Assembly: GCA_964570965.1 (NCBI GenBank)
Contig: CAZNAX010000004.1
Coordinates: forward strand, 1 to 59,801
Reading direction: 5' to 3'
DNA: 59,801 nt
DNA from: an uncultured Desulfatibacillum sp.
GTDB lineage: Bacteria > Desulfobacterota > Desulfobacteria > Desulfobacterales > SpSt-501
Positions within the stretch are counted from its first letter, which is position 1, and each line of letters opens with the position of its first letter. The notes under the pieces are model-generated. The model made no database searches, was not told where the DNA came from, and was given only the letters and a program-made list of their open reading frames with translations. A program made the position numbers and the translations under genes. Below are positions 58,263 to 59,801 of the stretch, piece by piece.

Positions 58263-59435
58263 CTACTCCACGGCCTTGAACGCTGCGGCGACCGCTTCAT
58301 CGACGATTCCCTGCAGCCAGGCCGTCCCTCGTTCGGCGGCTTCAACGTTCAACGCCTGGATTGTACGGATGTAGTCTTTGCCTTCGCGCGCAATAGTTGC
58401 TGACACGTTTTCCTTAAAGGAATCCAACAAGCGGAGCTCGCCCGCGCGTTCGCCCTGCCGAATAAGCCTTTCTTCAAGGACAGGCCAGGCGGCTGCAAGG
58501 GTCGAATCGCCCCCGCCCTTCATCTTCTCGCCCATTTCCCCGAGCCGCTGCAGGCGTTCACCGATCGCCGCCTGGACCGTGCGCAAAAGCCCATCGAGAA
58601 GTTCCTGCGGGAACTCGACGCCCACGAACAGAACGCGAACTTCCCGATACCAATACTTTAGAGCCAGCAGATTGCCGATATATATCAGATTGTTTTTGAT
58701 GATCCGGGAGGCACCTGAATATCTGCCCGACCGGAATTCGATGTTCCCCCCCCTGAGGGCTCCGCCGAAAATAAGGCGGTCCGGCCGCAGCTCGTCCTTG
58801 CGCAGGATGGTGCCGGCCGCAGCAGTGATCCCGTAATTGAGGCGGACCGGGCCGACCACGCCCCCCTGCCCTCCCAGGAATATCGGCCGCTGATTCAGCA
58901 TGACCCCGCGCGGAACATCGCCGATCAGGGAGGGAGTGGCCTTGTCCTGGTTGGGAGTGAAGTTGAAATGGATGTATGAACTTCCGACTTCGCTGTGGTC
59001 CTTGCGGCCCGTGCCGCCGGCCATGAGGCAGTCGCAGAAATTGATCAGGCTGCCGAGGGTGACGAACGGAAACAGAATGGTCTGCTTCAGGCCGACCGTG
59101 TGGGCGATGCTGGCGTATTCTTCCAGGATGGTGCCTTCGCGCACGTGGGCACCCGATCCGCAGCCAGCGCCGGTCAGGAAAACCGCGTCCTTGAAATATC
59201 CGCCCTTGAGCTCGACGTTCGCGCCGACGTAACAGTTCTCCATCGTCACGGGCGCTTCGGCTCCGATTCGGGCGCCTGGCAGAATCAGGGTCCGCTCCCC
59301 GAAAATCCGGCAGCCGGAATGAACGACCGTGCCCTCACCCGCTATCCGCTCAACGTCCACCTCCGGGCCGATTTCGATCCCGGCCGTTGCGGGCATTTGG
59401 ACGCCGCGGCGCAAGAGTTGATTGAGGATCTCCAT
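58263..59435 (-). CDS. Stand-alone GlmU-like left-handed beta-helix (acetyltransferase domain) with C-terminal helical extension
   Basis: Hexapeptide repeats, AHVREGT, FLGG..VVGPV, AAGTIL; no N-terminal uridyltransferase domain; directly upstream of glmM. Confidence 0.7.
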   Translation of the reverse strand: MEILNQLLRRGVQMPATAGIEIGPEVDVERIAGEGTVVHSGCRIFGERTLILPGARIGAEAPVTMENCYVGANVELKGGYFKDAVFLTGAGCGSGAHVREGTILEEYASIAHTVGLKQTILFPFVTLGSLINFCDCLMAGGTGRKDHSEVGSSYIHFNFTPNQDKATPSLIGDVPRGVMLNQRPIFLGGQGGVVGPVRLNYGITAAAGTILRKDELRPDRLIFGGALRGGNIEFRSGRYSGASRIIKNNLIYIGNLLALKYWYREVRVLFVGVEFPQELLDGLLRTVQAAIGERLQRLGEMGEKMKGGGDSTLAAAWPVLEERLIRQGERAGELRLLDSFKENVSATIAREGKDYIRTIQALNVEAAERGTAWLQGIVDEAVAAAFKAVE

Positions 59436-59438
59436 TAG

Positions 59439-59801
59439 CTATCCAAAAACCTCGCTCGCCAAAAAATCCGCAGGGTTCATAACCCATGTTCCATCGGAGA
59501 GCTTGTAGGCAACTTTCGTGCGGCATACCACAAACTTTTCTTTAATACGCCTCCGCTCCGCACCGGCCAAAGCGCGCAGACCGGATGCATCCGCAATATC
59601 GGGGTGCTCTTTGAATTTGCACTCGACGGCAACAATCTTCCCCCCGGCCTGCTCGATGACCAGGTCGACTTCCGGACCATTGGCCGTACGCCAGAAGTTG
59701 ACCGGCGCCAAATTTCCGCGAGATGCCGCCTGTTTCACGATTTGGCCAAAAACATGGGTCTCCCAGAAAGCGCCTGCATGCGACGAGGCGAACAGTTCTT
59801 C
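59439..59801 (-). CDS. C-terminal fragment of AAA_14/DUF4143 ATPase (truncated by window)
   Basis: GAFWETHV, FWRT..G.EVDLVIE, AVECK PD-(D/E)xK-like; frame open to right edge. Confidence 0.85.
   Translation of the reverse strand, partial: EELFASSHAGAFWETHVFGQIVKQAASRGNLAPVNFWRTANGPEVDLVIEQAGGKIVAVECKFKEHPDIADASGLRALAGAERRRIKEKFVVCRTKVAYKLSDGTWVMNPADFLASEVFG

Noticed and set aside
59731-59746. parS-like TGTTTCACG
   Set aside because: Only a half site, inside a CDS; the second half does not match

Overview
A 59.8 kb GC-rich bacterial chromosomal segment. Gene content (MglA GTPase, DUF4388, HDOD, PilZ, MSHA-like pilus) suggests a deltaproteobacterium such as Desulfobacterota; this is an inference. 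It holds about 52 CDS. I found no rRNA, tRNA, CRISPR array, prophage or transposase. The window appears to span the replication terminus: a 28-bp dif site lies at 55515-55542, and KOPS octamers point toward it from both sides. Main blocks: (i) YhaN-like ATPase end, MmgE/PrpD protein, Gre-like factor, divergent transketolase, azlCD; (ii) an MSHA-like type IV pilus locus split into two convergent operons, with candidate sigma54 and sigma28 promoters, a c-di-GMP-binding (MshEN) ATPase, an upstream HDOD-GGDEF-REC cyclase and a divergent pair of paralogous unknown membrane coiled-coil genes; (iii) larB, guaA, efp, FHA/PP2C; (iv) a ~15 kb ihf-recC-fliK-like-flhB_C-recB-recD-ispF-uvrB-uvrC run; (v) mdh, then mglA-DUF4388/cNMP-PilZ-purC-parB-like-splB-like-thermonuclease; (vi) EF-G2, tlyA, dxs, ispA, xseBA, dif, yccA, glmM, a stand-alone GlmU-like acetyltransferase domain and a partial DUF4143 ATPase. 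Best candidates for an undescribed system: the coupled orphan ParB plus spore-photoproduct-lyase-like radical SAM pair lacking the canonical H-donor Cys, the apparently FliA-wired pilin/cyclase/unknown-pair locus, and the FliK/FlhB_C cassette embedded in recCBD. All family calls and motif comparisons are by eye and from memory; no database search was run.
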